64,000 nt of DNA from IMG/VR virus record IMGVR_UViG_3300034101_003821, one strand, 5' to 3'. Shown one piece after another: positions 10,323 through 19,581 of the stretch. Within the stretch, counting starts at the first letter, position 1. Every line of letters starts with the position of its first letter. The DNA is from an uncultured virus (IMG/VR IMGVR_UViG_3300034101_003821) (lineage: Duplodnaviria > Heunggongvirae > Uroviricota > Caudoviricetes). A program made the translations under genes and the position numbers. The notes under the pieces were generated by a model. That model made no database searches. It was not told where the DNA came from and saw only the letters and a program-made list of their open reading frames with translations.

Positions 10323-10999
10323 TGCAAGGAAATATGAAAGATTTGTTTAAACAAGTCGATGATTTACAAAATTATTTAAAAGGAAAGGAAGATGAAATAG
10401 ATTACAATATTATCTATGAAACTTATGGAGTTGACATTAAACAACTAGAACAAGAAATGTTGAATTATGTCCCCAAACAAATACTTGGTTACACTAAACT
10501 TAATCCCGATGCTATTGACCCTAGTTACAATTATATAAGTGACTCAGGCTTTGACTTGTACTCAACAGAAGAAATTGTTGTAAACCCATTAGGTAGAGCT
10601 TTAATACCAACAGGATTGGCCTTTGACATCAAAGATGGTTATGAAATACAAGTAAGGTCAAAAAGTGGTTTAGCAATAAATCAGGGTTTATTTGTATTAA
10701 ATTCACCAGGAACTGTGGATTGTTTTTCTGAAGATATGAAAATTTTAACTATAAATGGTGAAAAACATATTAAGGATTTAAAAATAAATGATATAGTATT
10801 TTCATTCAATGAAAAAAGTTTAGAAATTGAAAAAGATATTGTTCTTAAAATTTTTGACACTAATGTACAAGATATATTGAAAATTGAGACTGAAGAAGGT
10901 GTACTTGAGGTAACCCCCAATTCAGAAATTTATACAAATAAAGGGATTGTTTTGGCCAAAGATTTACAAGAAAATGATGAGATAATTGTATTTTTTTAA
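10322..10999 (+). CDS. dut: dUTPase N-terminal part (aa 1-133) fused to the N-fragment of a split intein (aa 134-225)
   Basis: dUTPase motif 1 (DSGFDL), motif 2 (RSKSGLA) and the first half of motif 3 (NSPGTVD), followed directly by intein block A CFSEDMKILTING. Confidence 0.9.
   Translation: MQGNMKDLFKQVDDLQNYLKGKEDEIDYNIIYETYGVDIKQLEQEMLNYVPKQILGYTKLNPDAIDPSYNYISDSGFDLYSTEEIVVNPLGRALIPTGLAFDIKDGYEIQVRSKSGLAINQGLFVLNSPGTVDCFSEDMKILTINGEKHIKDLKINDIVFSFNEKSLEIEKDIVLKIFDTNVQDILKIETEEGVLEVTPNSEIYTNKGIVLAKDLQENDEIIVFF
10721..10996 (+). mobile_element. Split intein N-fragment (IntN, 92 aa)
   Basis: Begins at Cys1 (TGT 10721). Hint-fold pattern C-F...I-K-D-L...D-x-V-x-S...LEVTPNSEIYT...AKDL...D; ends at TAA 10997-10999. 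Confidence 0.88.
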
Positions 11000-11008
11000 C
11001 CAAGATAC

Positions 11009-11015
11009 TATTTAT
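11009..11015 (+). promoter_or_regulatory. TATTTAT motif upstream of the intervening endonuclease
   Basis: Same motif and similar spacing as before many structural genes; context TATTTATCAATAAAGATAA resembles TATTTATTAATAAAAGATAA at 38768. Confidence 0.5.
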
Positions 11016-11032
11016 CAATAAAGATAATAAGT

Positions 11033-11926
11033 ATGTCAGTAAAATGTAAAATTTGTGGGATTGAAAAACAATATTCAATTGTTGAACATTTAAAATTTGA
11101 ACATAAATTAACCTCAAAAGAATACAAAGAGTTATATCCAGGTAATTTAGTTAAATCAAAAGAATATGCAACAATATTTTCAGAGAAACAAAAAACTAAA
11201 TGGAGTGATACTGAATATAAACAAAAAATGACAAAATCTAGACAAGTATCCCATAATAAATCTGAATTCAAAAATAAAATGTCTAATATTATAAAAAAGA
11301 GACATAAAGAAACACCCGAAATCTATTCAGGTTTTACCAATTGGCATAAAAGTGAAAAATTTAAAGAGTGGGTCAAATCTGAAGATAGAATAAAAAAAAT
11401 ATCAAAAACATCAAAAGAAAGATGGGAAAATGAGGAGTATAGACAAAAAACAATCAAATCAATCGTAAAAGTGTTGGGTGATGGTAGATGTGAAAAAGGA
11501 AAAGAGTTTAGGGAAAATATGTCAAAAATTATTTCTGAATTATATAGTACAGGTAAATTAAGTAATACAAGTAACAAATATAAAACAGGAAAATATGAAT
11601 CAAAGGAAAATGAAACCTTTTTATATTCATCCTCATATGAATTGGAAACTATGATTTTTTTTGACTCAGTTAATTTTATAAAAAGATGGACGAACAAACA
11701 TGGTATTCGAATAAGATATTTTTATAATGGACTACACAGAAACTATGTTCCTGATTTTTACATTGAATTAGCCAATGGTAAAATCTTTTTAATTGAACTA
11801 AAGGGGTGGGAAACTGAGGAAGTATTAGTAAAACAACAATTTGCATTAAAAGAATACCCAAACTATAAATTGTTTTACTCAGTTGAAGAACTAAAAAATT
11901 TTATATATGAAAACAACGAAGATTAA
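11033..11926 (+). CDS. Free-standing endonuclease between the split-intein halves (Zn-finger + helical repeats + TnsA-like PD-(D/E)XK domain)
   Basis: N-terminal CKICG...HLKFEH; W-spaced Lys-rich helical repeats; C-terminal YSSSYE...RNYVPDFYI...LIELKG. Confidence 0.75.
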   Translation: MSVKCKICGIEKQYSIVEHLKFEHKLTSKEYKELYPGNLVKSKEYATIFSEKQKTKWSDTEYKQKMTKSRQVSHNKSEFKNKMSNIIKKRHKETPEIYSGFTNWHKSEKFKEWVKSEDRIKKISKTSKERWENEEYRQKTIKSIVKVLGDGRCEKGKEFRENMSKIISELYSTGKLSNTSNKYKTGKYESKENETFLYSSSYELETMIFFDSVNFIKRWTNKHGIRIRYFYNGLHRNYVPDFYIELANGKIFLIELKGWETEEVLVKQQFALKEYPNYKLFYSVEELKNFIYENNED

Positions 11927-12014
11927 AAAAATAACATCAGAAAAAAAACAAACTTATGATATAACAGTAAGTAATAATCATAACTTCTTTTGTAATAGTC
12001 ATTTGATACATAAT
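11907..12014 (+). mobile_element. Split intein C-fragment (IntC, 36 aa)
   Basis: MKTTKIKKITSEKKQTYDITVSNNHNFFCNSHLIHN; terminal His-Asn at 12009-12014 followed by TGC (Cys). Confidence 0.9.
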
Positions 12015-12209
12015 TGCGGTTATTTGGGTGAAGTAAAAGTTATAATTTTTAATACGAATTCAGACCAAGTAACAATAAAAAAAGGAATGAAAATTGCACA
12101 AGCAGTTTTATGTCCAGTAATAAACGGAAAATATGTTGATTTGGAACTAAAGAAAGATTTAGGTCAAAAAGACAGAGGTGATAACGGATTTGGCTCAACA
12201 GGAATATGA
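11907..12209 (+). CDS. dut: Split intein C-fragment (aa 1-36) fused to the dUTPase C-terminal part (64 aa)
   Basis: Block F TYDITVSNNHNFF and block G LIHN, then +1 Cys. Followed by CGYLGEVKV (rest of motif 3), KIAQAV (motif 4) and RGDNGFGSTG (motif 5). Confidence 0.9.
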   Translation: MKTTKIKKITSEKKQTYDITVSNNHNFFCNSHLIHNCGYLGEVKVIIFNTNSDQVTIKKGMKIAQAVLCPVINGKYVDLELKKDLGQKDRGDNGFGSTGI

Positions 12210-14107
12210 TTACTATAATATATTGTACAAGAACTTCAAATGAAGAACATAAAAAACATTTAATTAAAACTTCTGGTTTACATAACAAGTTGGAAGTTAT
12301 TGAAATCGTTAATAATGGTGAATCTCTAACCTCGGCATATAATAGAGGTTTATCACAAGCCTCAAATAGTATAGTTGTTTTCTGTCATGATGATTTGACT
12401 ATTGAAACTAATCAATGGGGTAACAAACTACTCAAAATTTTTGATAGAAATTTAGATTATGGAGTAGTTGGTGTTGCGGGTACAAAGTTTTTGTCCACAT
12501 CGGGTAGATGGTGGGAAGATATGAAAAAAATGTATGGAAAAGTAGCACATACACATAATGGTAAAACTTGGTTATCATCATATTCACAAGATTTGGGGAG
12601 TAATTTAGAGGAAGTTGTTGTTGTTGATGGATTGTTTTTTGCTATTGACAAAAATAGAATAAAAAAAACATTCAATGAAGAGTTTCAAGGATTTCATTTT
12701 TATGATGTATCTTTTTGTTTTGATAACTACTTGTCGGGTGTTAAAATAGGTGTAACAACAGAGATTAGAATTAATCATAAGTCGATTGGGATGACTAATT
12801 CTAAATGGGAGGAAAACAGAATTAAATTCACATCAAAATATGAAGATAATTTACCTGTATTCTTAAATAGAAAAATACACCCCAACGAGAAATTAAAAAT
12901 ATTAATTTCAACCACTAATTTTAATGGGGAATCAAATAAAGAAAAATTCATTTTCGAATTTGTGAAGTCACTTAAAAACAAAGGTCATCATTTGTACATA
13001 TGTTCAAATTTGGGAAATAGAATAACAAGTTTAGCTAAAAGAGAAGGAATAAATTTAAGTTCCATAAATGAACCTTTCGGTTATAAATTAGGTGATGGTA
13101 AATGGCAAATTAACACACCAAATGGTCTTCAACCAACACAAATAAATCAGTTGTATAAAATAAAAGAAATTGATTTTGATGTAATTCAACTTTTCGATGA
13201 TGAATTAACTGATTTTATTCAAAAGTGTTACCCAACAACACCAATTGAAAATTTTGAGTCGATTGGTAATGATAGTTTTTTATTTGACTTGAACTGGTTT
13301 CGTAATTTGAATAACATAGATAACATAATTGAAAAATATAAAAACAATATAACCCAACAAGTTTCTGAACAATTTAAACAAGAGAACTATCAAAAGAGTT
13401 TGAAATTTTTAACAGAAAAATACGTTAAAAATTTAGGTCCTCTAGTTAGTATCATTATCCCTTGTTTTAACGATGGTCAATATTTACCTGAGGCAATAAA
13501 ATCGGCTAAAGATTTAACATACTCAAATAAAGAAATTATCGTTATTAATGATGGGTCGAGTGATACAAAAACTTTGGAAATATTAAATAATTTAGATAGT
13601 GATATTAAAGTTTTACATCACGAAAGAAATAAAGGACTTTCTGCAGCAAGAAATACAGCTATTAAATCCTCACAAGGATATTATATATTACCACACGATG
13701 TTGATGATACATTTGATAAAAACTATTTGTTATTTGCAATTTATGAAGCTGAGAAGAATGAGAATTTGAGTCCAATATATTGTGATACAAATCATATTGG
13801 TTTTATACAAGGTATGGAAAAAAGACCTGAATGGTCATTGAGTAGATTAAAAAGAGGGCCTTTTATTGTAAGTTGTTCTTTGTTCAGAAAAAAAGCTTGG
13901 GACGATGTGTTAGGTTATGATGAATCTATGAAAGGGTGGGAGGATTATGATTTTTGGTGGAGAATAGGAAATAATGGGTATAAGGGAGTTAGAATACCTC
14001 TACCATTATTTAACTATAGACACATTAGACCAAGTATGATTCAAAACATCAAAAATGACGAAAGAAAATTATACGATTATATTATGAATAAACCTCTATC
14101 AAAATGA
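12206..14107 (+). CDS. Multidomain glycosyltransferase (GT-A N-terminal domain + partial GT-B-like segment + GT2 domain)
   Basis: AYNRGL..VVFCHDD; C-terminal LVSIIIPCFNDG...VINDGSSD...GLSAARN..DVDD..GWEDYDFW. Confidence 0.8.
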   Translation: MITIIYCTRTSNEEHKKHLIKTSGLHNKLEVIEIVNNGESLTSAYNRGLSQASNSIVVFCHDDLTIETNQWGNKLLKIFDRNLDYGVVGVAGTKFLSTSGRWWEDMKKMYGKVAHTHNGKTWLSSYSQDLGSNLEEVVVVDGLFFAIDKNRIKKTFNEEFQGFHFYDVSFCFDNYLSGVKIGVTTEIRINHKSIGMTNSKWEENRIKFTSKYEDNLPVFLNRKIHPNEKLKILISTTNFNGESNKEKFIFEFVKSLKNKGHHLYICSNLGNRITSLAKREGINLSSINEPFGYKLGDGKWQINTPNGLQPTQINQLYKIKEIDFDVIQLFDDELTDFIQKCYPTTPIENFESIGNDSFLFDLNWFRNLNNIDNIIEKYKNNITQQVSEQFKQENYQKSLKFLTEKYVKNLGPLVSIIIPCFNDGQYLPEAIKSAKDLTYSNKEIIVINDGSSDTKTLEILNNLDSDIKVLHHERNKGLSAARNTAIKSSQGYYILPHDVDDTFDKNYLLFAIYEAEKNENLSPIYCDTNHIGFIQGMEKRPEWSLSRLKRGPFIVSCSLFRKKAWDDVLGYDESMKGWEDYDFWWRIGNNGYKGVRIPLPLFNYRHIRPSMIQNIKNDERKLYDYIMNKPLSK

Positions 14108-14763
14108 TGAAAACTTGTTGTATTTTATATCACTCAAATATATTTTCAATCTACAAAAAAGAGTGGATTCAAAAGTGTTTAGATACAATTTTAAACCAAA
14201 CTTATACTAATTTTGATATTTTTGAATTGAATTATGGTGACGATAGTTCAAATTTGAAAGAAATATTTACTATCAATAAAAAACATTTTTTTTTCAAAGT
14301 TAAGATGAACAATCATGCCGAAGCAATGAATTTTCTTCTTGACTTAGTGTTCAAAGAAGAAAACTATGATATTTGTTTTAATATAAATTTAGATGATTTT
14401 TATACTCTAAATAGATTTCAACAACAAATTGACATTTTAAATGGAGATATTGATATAGTTTCCTCAGAATATGTTTTTACAAAAGAAACAAATGGGATTT
14501 ATAGTTTTAGTGCCCCAGTTGGTTTAGGAAATCACGATTTAGAAACTTTATTTAATATGGATATCACACCATTAGCTCACCCTTGTGTTGCATATACCAA
14601 AAAGTTTTGGTTAGAATTCGGTCCTTATATACCTCAAGAAATACCAAGAGAAGATAAAAATCTTTGGATTAGAAGTTACAGAAATGGTGCTAAATTACAT
14701 ATTATAAAAGAACCTTTGCTATTTTATAGAATTCATGATAAACAAGTAAGTAAAACTAATTAA
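14104..14763 (+). CDS. GT2-like glycosyltransferase
   Basis: CLDTILNQTY, NLDD, RF..QI, EDKNLW, LLFYRIH. Confidence 0.75.
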   Translation: MMKTCCILYHSNIFSIYKKEWIQKCLDTILNQTYTNFDIFELNYGDDSSNLKEIFTINKKHFFFKVKMNNHAEAMNFLLDLVFKEENYDICFNINLDDFYTLNRFQQQIDILNGDIDIVSSEYVFTKETNGIYSFSAPVGLGNHDLETLFNMDITPLAHPCVAYTKKFWLEFGPYIPQEIPREDKNLWIRSYRNGAKLHIIKEPLLFYRIHDKQVSKTN

Positions 14764-14764
14764 T

Positions 14765-15541
14765 ATGGTTTCAAGTTTTTTACAAGGTGGGTTAGGAAAT
14801 CAAATGTTTCAAATAGCTGCAGCATATGCGTTAGCTTTAAGAAATAATGATAAAGCAGTTTTTGATTTTGATAAATGTTTCACACCTTTACAAGGGTTCA
14901 AATCTACGAAGTATCAAAACACTTTATTCAAAAAAGTTACCAATATAAATAATTTTACCCCCTCCAAAATTTATTATGAACCAAAATTCAGTTATACTGA
15001 AATCGAATATCATAATAATATTCTTCTAAATGGATATTTTCAGAGTGAGAAATATTTTGAGGATTTTAAAAATGAAATTATAAATTTATTTGATTTTAAT
15101 GAAGATATTATAAATGAACTTACAAACTTCATAAATGAAATAAACTCCAATAATTTACCTACAAGTGTTATACATGTCAGACGTGGGGATTATCTTTTGA
15201 ATTCTGAATTTCACCCACCTTGTTCAAACGAATATTATTATGAGGGGATTGATATTTTAGGTAAATGTTGTTATATTTTTATATCCGATGACATCAATTG
15301 GGTAAAAAATGAGTTCATAGGTGAAAACTTTTTTTATTATAGTGGTAGTAATGAAATTGTGGACTTGACCCTAATGACTCTTGTAGATAACATAATAATT
15401 TCGAATAGTAGTTTTAGTTGGTGGGGGGCATACCTAAATAAAAATCCAAATAAAAAAATAATAACACCAAAAAAATGGTTCGGGATAAAAGGACCAAAAG
15501 AAACCGAAAATTTAATCCCAACAACATGGTTCAAAATTTAA
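14765..15541 (+). CDS. GT11 alpha-1,2-fucosyltransferase-like
   Basis: GGLGNQMFQ, GYFQSEKYF, HVRRGDY, SNSSFSWWGAYL. Confidence 0.88.
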   Translation: MVSSFLQGGLGNQMFQIAAAYALALRNNDKAVFDFDKCFTPLQGFKSTKYQNTLFKKVTNINNFTPSKIYYEPKFSYTEIEYHNNILLNGYFQSEKYFEDFKNEIINLFDFNEDIINELTNFINEINSNNLPTSVIHVRRGDYLLNSEFHPPCSNEYYYEGIDILGKCCYIFISDDINWVKNEFIGENFFYYSGSNEIVDLTLMTLVDNIIISNSSFSWWGAYLNKNPNKKIITPKKWFGIKGPKETENLIPTTWFKI

Positions 15542-15560
15542 AAATTAAAAATAAAAAAAA

Positions 15561-16859
15561 ATGGAAATTCAAAATTTAGTAGACAATTTATCAGAGTACT
15601 TGAAGGATAATAAACCAAAATACTTATATAATCAGAAATTTGAAGCAGGTAGAGACCAAGTATTATATTCTGGACCATATTGGGACGAAAAAGAAATTAT
15701 GGCAGCAATAAAATCTTTAATTTTTGGTAAGTGGGTTGTGACAGGCGAAAACGTTAGTAAATTCGAATACTATTTTAGTAGAAAATTTGGAGTTAAGTTT
15801 GCTCATATGGTCAACTCTGGTAGTTCTGCTAATTTAGTTTTAATTGCCGCACTTAAAAAATATTTTGGCTGGAATGATGGAGATGAAATAATCGTTTCTC
15901 CTGTTGGGTTTCCAACAACCATTTCAACAATTGTTCAAAATAATTTAGTTCCAGTATTTGTTGATATTGAATATGATACCCTAAATTTTGACTTGACTCA
16001 AATTGAAAGTAAAATTACTGAGAAAACTAAAGGTATTTTTGTTTCACCAGTTCTAGGTAATCCTCCGAATATGGATTTTTTATCTGAACTATGTAAAAAA
16101 CATAATATACAATTAATTGGTGATAGTTGTGATAGTTTGGGGTCTAAATGGGATGGAAAAGATTTAAGTGATTATTATGTTGCTTGGTCAACTTCATTTT
16201 ATCCTGCACATCATATTTCTACTGGTGAGGGTGGAATGGTTTGTACAAATAACCCTGATATAAAAAAACTATTTGTTTCTTTTTCGTGGTGGGGACGAGA
16301 TTGTTATTGTGTTGGTTCGGCTAATTTACTCTCTTGTGGTACTTGTGGTAAAAGATTTGATAATTGGTTAGAATCCTATGATGGTATTATTGACCATAAA
16401 TATGTTTTTACAACAATGGGATATAACTTGAAACCTATGGACTTACAAGGTGCAATAGGAATAGTACAATTAGAAAAATTTGACGAGATAGATAGTAGAA
16501 GAAAATCAAATAAGAAAAAAATGGAAGACATCATTACAAAATATGTTGATGGTGTAAAAGGGGTTATCCAATTAGATAAAGCTGATACATGTTGGTTTGG
16601 AACACCACTAGTTTGCAACTCAAAAATTATTAAAGATAAATTAGTTTCATTCTTGGAGGAAAATAAAATACAAACTAGAAATTACTTTGCGGGAAACATT
16701 CTATTACATCCAGGATATTCACACTTAGATTCTTTAGACAAATATCCTTTAGCTAATACAGTATTAGATAAAGTTTTTTTCTTGGGTGCTGCACCACACT
16801 ATGATGATAAAGTGTTTGATTATGTTAAAAAAGTATTTGCGGAAAAGTGGACGAACTAA
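15561..16859 (+). CDS. rfbH: CDP-4-keto-6-deoxy-D-glucose 3-dehydrase (E1)-like, DegT superfamily
   Basis: VNSGSSANL; SFYPAHHISTGEGG with His in place of the Schiff-base Lys; GRDCYC...CGTC Fe-S ligands; YFAGNIL. Confidence 0.82.
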   Translation: MEIQNLVDNLSEYLKDNKPKYLYNQKFEAGRDQVLYSGPYWDEKEIMAAIKSLIFGKWVVTGENVSKFEYYFSRKFGVKFAHMVNSGSSANLVLIAALKKYFGWNDGDEIIVSPVGFPTTISTIVQNNLVPVFVDIEYDTLNFDLTQIESKITEKTKGIFVSPVLGNPPNMDFLSELCKKHNIQLIGDSCDSLGSKWDGKDLSDYYVAWSTSFYPAHHISTGEGGMVCTNNPDIKKLFVSFSWWGRDCYCVGSANLLSCGTCGKRFDNWLESYDGIIDHKYVFTTMGYNLKPMDLQGAIGIVQLEKFDEIDSRRKSNKKKMEDIITKYVDGVKGVIQLDKADTCWFGTPLVCNSKIIKDKLVSFLEENKIQTRNYFAGNILLHPGYSHLDSLDKYPLANTVLDKVFFLGAAPHYDDKVFDYVKKVFAEKWTN

Positions 16860-18217
16860 AAGTTTTAATATTAGGAGATGGATTGTTGGGGTCTGAATTA
16901 GAAAAACAAACTAATTGGGATTGTATATCAAGAAAAAGAAAAAATTTTTCTATTAATACCTTTACCCATACAATCCCACCAAAAAAATATAACACAATTA
17001 TTAATTGTGTTGCCAACACGAACACTTATTTAGACAACCGAGAACCACATTGGGAAACTAATTGTGTTTTTTTGAAAAATTTAATAGAGTTTTGTAATAC
17101 TAATCAAATAAAACTAATTCATATTTCTTCTGATTATGTTTATACATTTTCAATTGAAAACGCAAGTGAAGAAGATGTTCCTGTTCATTGTAGGAACTGG
17201 TATGGTTATACAAAATTATTAGGTGATGGTTTGGTCCAATTAATATCAAACGATTATTTGTTAATAAGATGCACACATAAACCAAAACCATTTCCATATG
17301 AAAAAGCTTGGATTGACCAAGTTGGTAATTTCGATTATGTTGATAAAATTGGTCAAATTATTATACAATTAATATACGAAAGAAAAAATGGAGTTTATAA
17401 TGTTGGAACTGAAACTAAATCTATGTTTGATTTAGCACAACAAACTAAAAATGTAATTCCTATCAGTTCTCCTGATTATGTACCTAAAAATACAACGATG
17501 AACATAATGAAACTTGAAAACAAACCCTTTTTTTCAATTGCAATTCCCACCTATGGATATAATGGTAGAGGTTCTGAATTTTTAGAATTTAGTTTAAAAA
17601 TTATCCATAATCAAACATTCAAGGACTTCGAGGTTATTATATCCGACCATAGTACTGACGATACTATACTAAACGTTGTAAACAAGTGGAAAAATAAATT
17701 AACTTTGAAATATCAAAAAAATGAAAATGGTAGAGGTATAATATCACCAAATATCAATAATGCAATGACTTTGTGTGAAGGTAAATGGATTAAAATCTTA
17801 TTCCAAGATGATTTTTTGTATGATGAAAAATCACTAAAAATTCAACATAATTTTATTACGACCTCAGGTGATGATTTAAAATGGTTAATGACAAAATTCT
17901 ACCACAGTAATGATGGCGTAGCATTTTATAGATTATACCATCCAATTTGGAACGATAGGATATGGACAGGTAATAATACTATGGGTTGTCCTAGTGGATT
18001 AACGTTAAAAAATGAAAACTTGATTTTTTTTGATGAGGGATTAAATTGGTTAATGGATTGTGATTATTATCAAAAAATGTTTTTAAAATATGGTGTTCCT
18101 AAAATTTTGAACGAAATCACAGTTGTCAATAGAACATGGGGTAATAGATTAACAGATACTACACCTCAAAGTTTAAAAGATAATGAATTTAAAATGTTAA
18201 AAGAAAGATATGATTGA
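16847..18217 (+). CDS. RmlD-like NDP-sugar reductase fused to a GT2 glycosyltransferase
   Basis: ILGDGLLG, HISSDYV, YGYTK (SDR) in the N-half; FSIAIPTY...ISDHSTDD...LFQDD in the C-half. Confidence 0.75.
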   Translation: MDELKVLILGDGLLGSELEKQTNWDCISRKRKNFSINTFTHTIPPKKYNTIINCVANTNTYLDNREPHWETNCVFLKNLIEFCNTNQIKLIHISSDYVYTFSIENASEEDVPVHCRNWYGYTKLLGDGLVQLISNDYLLIRCTHKPKPFPYEKAWIDQVGNFDYVDKIGQIIIQLIYERKNGVYNVGTETKSMFDLAQQTKNVIPISSPDYVPKNTTMNIMKLENKPFFSIAIPTYGYNGRGSEFLEFSLKIIHNQTFKDFEVIISDHSTDDTILNVVNKWKNKLTLKYQKNENGRGIISPNINNAMTLCEGKWIKILFQDDFLYDEKSLKIQHNFITTSGDDLKWLMTKFYHSNDGVAFYRLYHPIWNDRIWTGNNTMGCPSGLTLKNENLIFFDEGLNWLMDCDYYQKMFLKYGVPKILNEITVVNRTWGNRLTDTTPQSLKDNEFKMLKERYD

Positions 18218-18869
18218 TTTACCTAACATTACTTTAATTGCACTAACTAGTGTCCGTTTACCACAAACAATAAAAGCTTTAGAGTATAGTTGTAAAGGTA
18301 TTAATTTTGGTAAAGTTAAAATAGCTTCAGATATAAAACCTGATAACTTACCTGACTTTATAATTCACGAATACACAGAAAAAAGTTCCAATATTGATGA
18401 ATGGAACTACAATATTATTTATAATTTGACTAAACACATTGATACTGAATTTGCACTACTCATACACGACAATGGTTTTGTTGTACATCCAGAATCTTGG
18501 AGGAATGAATTTTTGGATTATGATTATATTGGTGCCCCTTGGCCATTACCTAAAGATAATTTTTCATACAGAGATATAAATGGAAACATCATTAGACAAG
18601 GAAATAGTGTCTCTTTAAGAAGTAAAAAACTATTAGATATACCCATAAAACTTAATTTAGAATGGAAACCTTTTTATGGTTTTACAAATGAGGATGGTTT
18701 TATTTGTGTAAACTATCGACACAAATATTTGGAAGAAGGTTGTAGGTTTGCTGATATTGATGTTGCTAAATATTTTTCTAGAGAAACAGATTTACCCGAA
18801 AATGTGAGTATTAATCCTTTTGTTTTTCATAACTATTCAGGTACTAATAGCAAATATATCAAGTTTTAA
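18210..18869 (+). CDS. DUF5672-like putative glycosyltransferase
   Basis: FLDYDYIGAPW, GNSVSLRSKK, NEDGF. Confidence 0.65.
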   Translation: MIDLPNITLIALTSVRLPQTIKALEYSCKGINFGKVKIASDIKPDNLPDFIIHEYTEKSSNIDEWNYNIIYNLTKHIDTEFALLIHDNGFVVHPESWRNEFLDYDYIGAPWPLPKDNFSYRDINGNIIRQGNSVSLRSKKLLDIPIKLNLEWKPFYGFTNEDGFICVNYRHKYLEEGCRFADIDVAKYFSRETDLPENVSINPFVFHNYSGTNSKYIKF

Positions 18870-18871
18870 AA

Positions 18872-19543
18872 ATGGTAAAAGAGATAGTTATTTCAGCATA
18901 TGATAAACCATTGGATTGGATTAAAGAAATTAGTCCTGAAATAAAAATTACGATTTATAGAAAAGGAAATGTTGTTCCGATTCAAAAAAACGAAATCAGT
19001 TTGAATCCAAACAGAGGAAGATGTGTACATACTTTTTTTAACCACATTTACTTGAACTATGAAAACTTGTCGGATTATACTTTTTTTGTCCAAGATTTTC
19101 CATTTGACCATTGGGGTAACTTATTAGAGGTTTTGAATTCCGATATTAGTGAAATAGATAACAATGCTTCATTAATTATTGATGGGTATTTTGGATTTCA
19201 TAATAACAATATCGGCACGGCATGGAAAATGAATCCATCAAATCAATTTGGTGGTGGATTTGTTTTATCTTGTCAATCTAATGGTTTTCCCCAAGATTTA
19301 AGTTCAAATATTAATGTAAACCAATACTGGTCAATTTTATTTTCAGATGTACACACACCCCCAAACCAATACGAATTTATACCAGGAGGACATTTTGTAA
19401 TAACAAAAGAACAAGCTTGGGTTAGGAGTAAAGAATTCTATAAAAAAATTGTTGAGTTTCTTTTAGAAAATGAAAATAGTCCTTGGATAATTGAAAGGTT
19501 AGAGTGTTATATCTTCAACAAAAATTTCGAAACCATACTTTAA
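18872..19543 (+). CDS. DUF3431-like protein (glycan-cluster associated)
   Basis: VISAY...LDW, NRGRCVHTFFNHI...YENL.DYTFFVQD.PFDH, ER. Confidence 0.6.
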   Translation: MVKEIVISAYDKPLDWIKEISPEIKITIYRKGNVVPIQKNEISLNPNRGRCVHTFFNHIYLNYENLSDYTFFVQDFPFDHWGNLLEVLNSDISEIDNNASLIIDGYFGFHNNNIGTAWKMNPSNQFGGGFVLSCQSNGFPQDLSSNINVNQYWSILFSDVHTPPNQYEFIPGGHFVITKEQAWVRSKEFYKKIVEFLLENENSPWIIERLECYIFNKNFETIL

Positions 19544-19581
19544 TAAAATAACAAAAATAAAAAAATATATAAAATAGGTTA

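Noticed and set aside
10997..11907. Group I intron interrupting dut
   Set aside because: The junction sequences are protein-splicing motifs, and the non-coding space (33 nt) is far too small for a ribozyme core.
10322..12209. dUTPase as a pseudogene or a sequencing-error frameshift
   Set aside because: Both fragments end or begin exactly at canonical intein termini, and all five dUTPase motifs are retained. Making one ORF would need both a stop removal and a frameshift.
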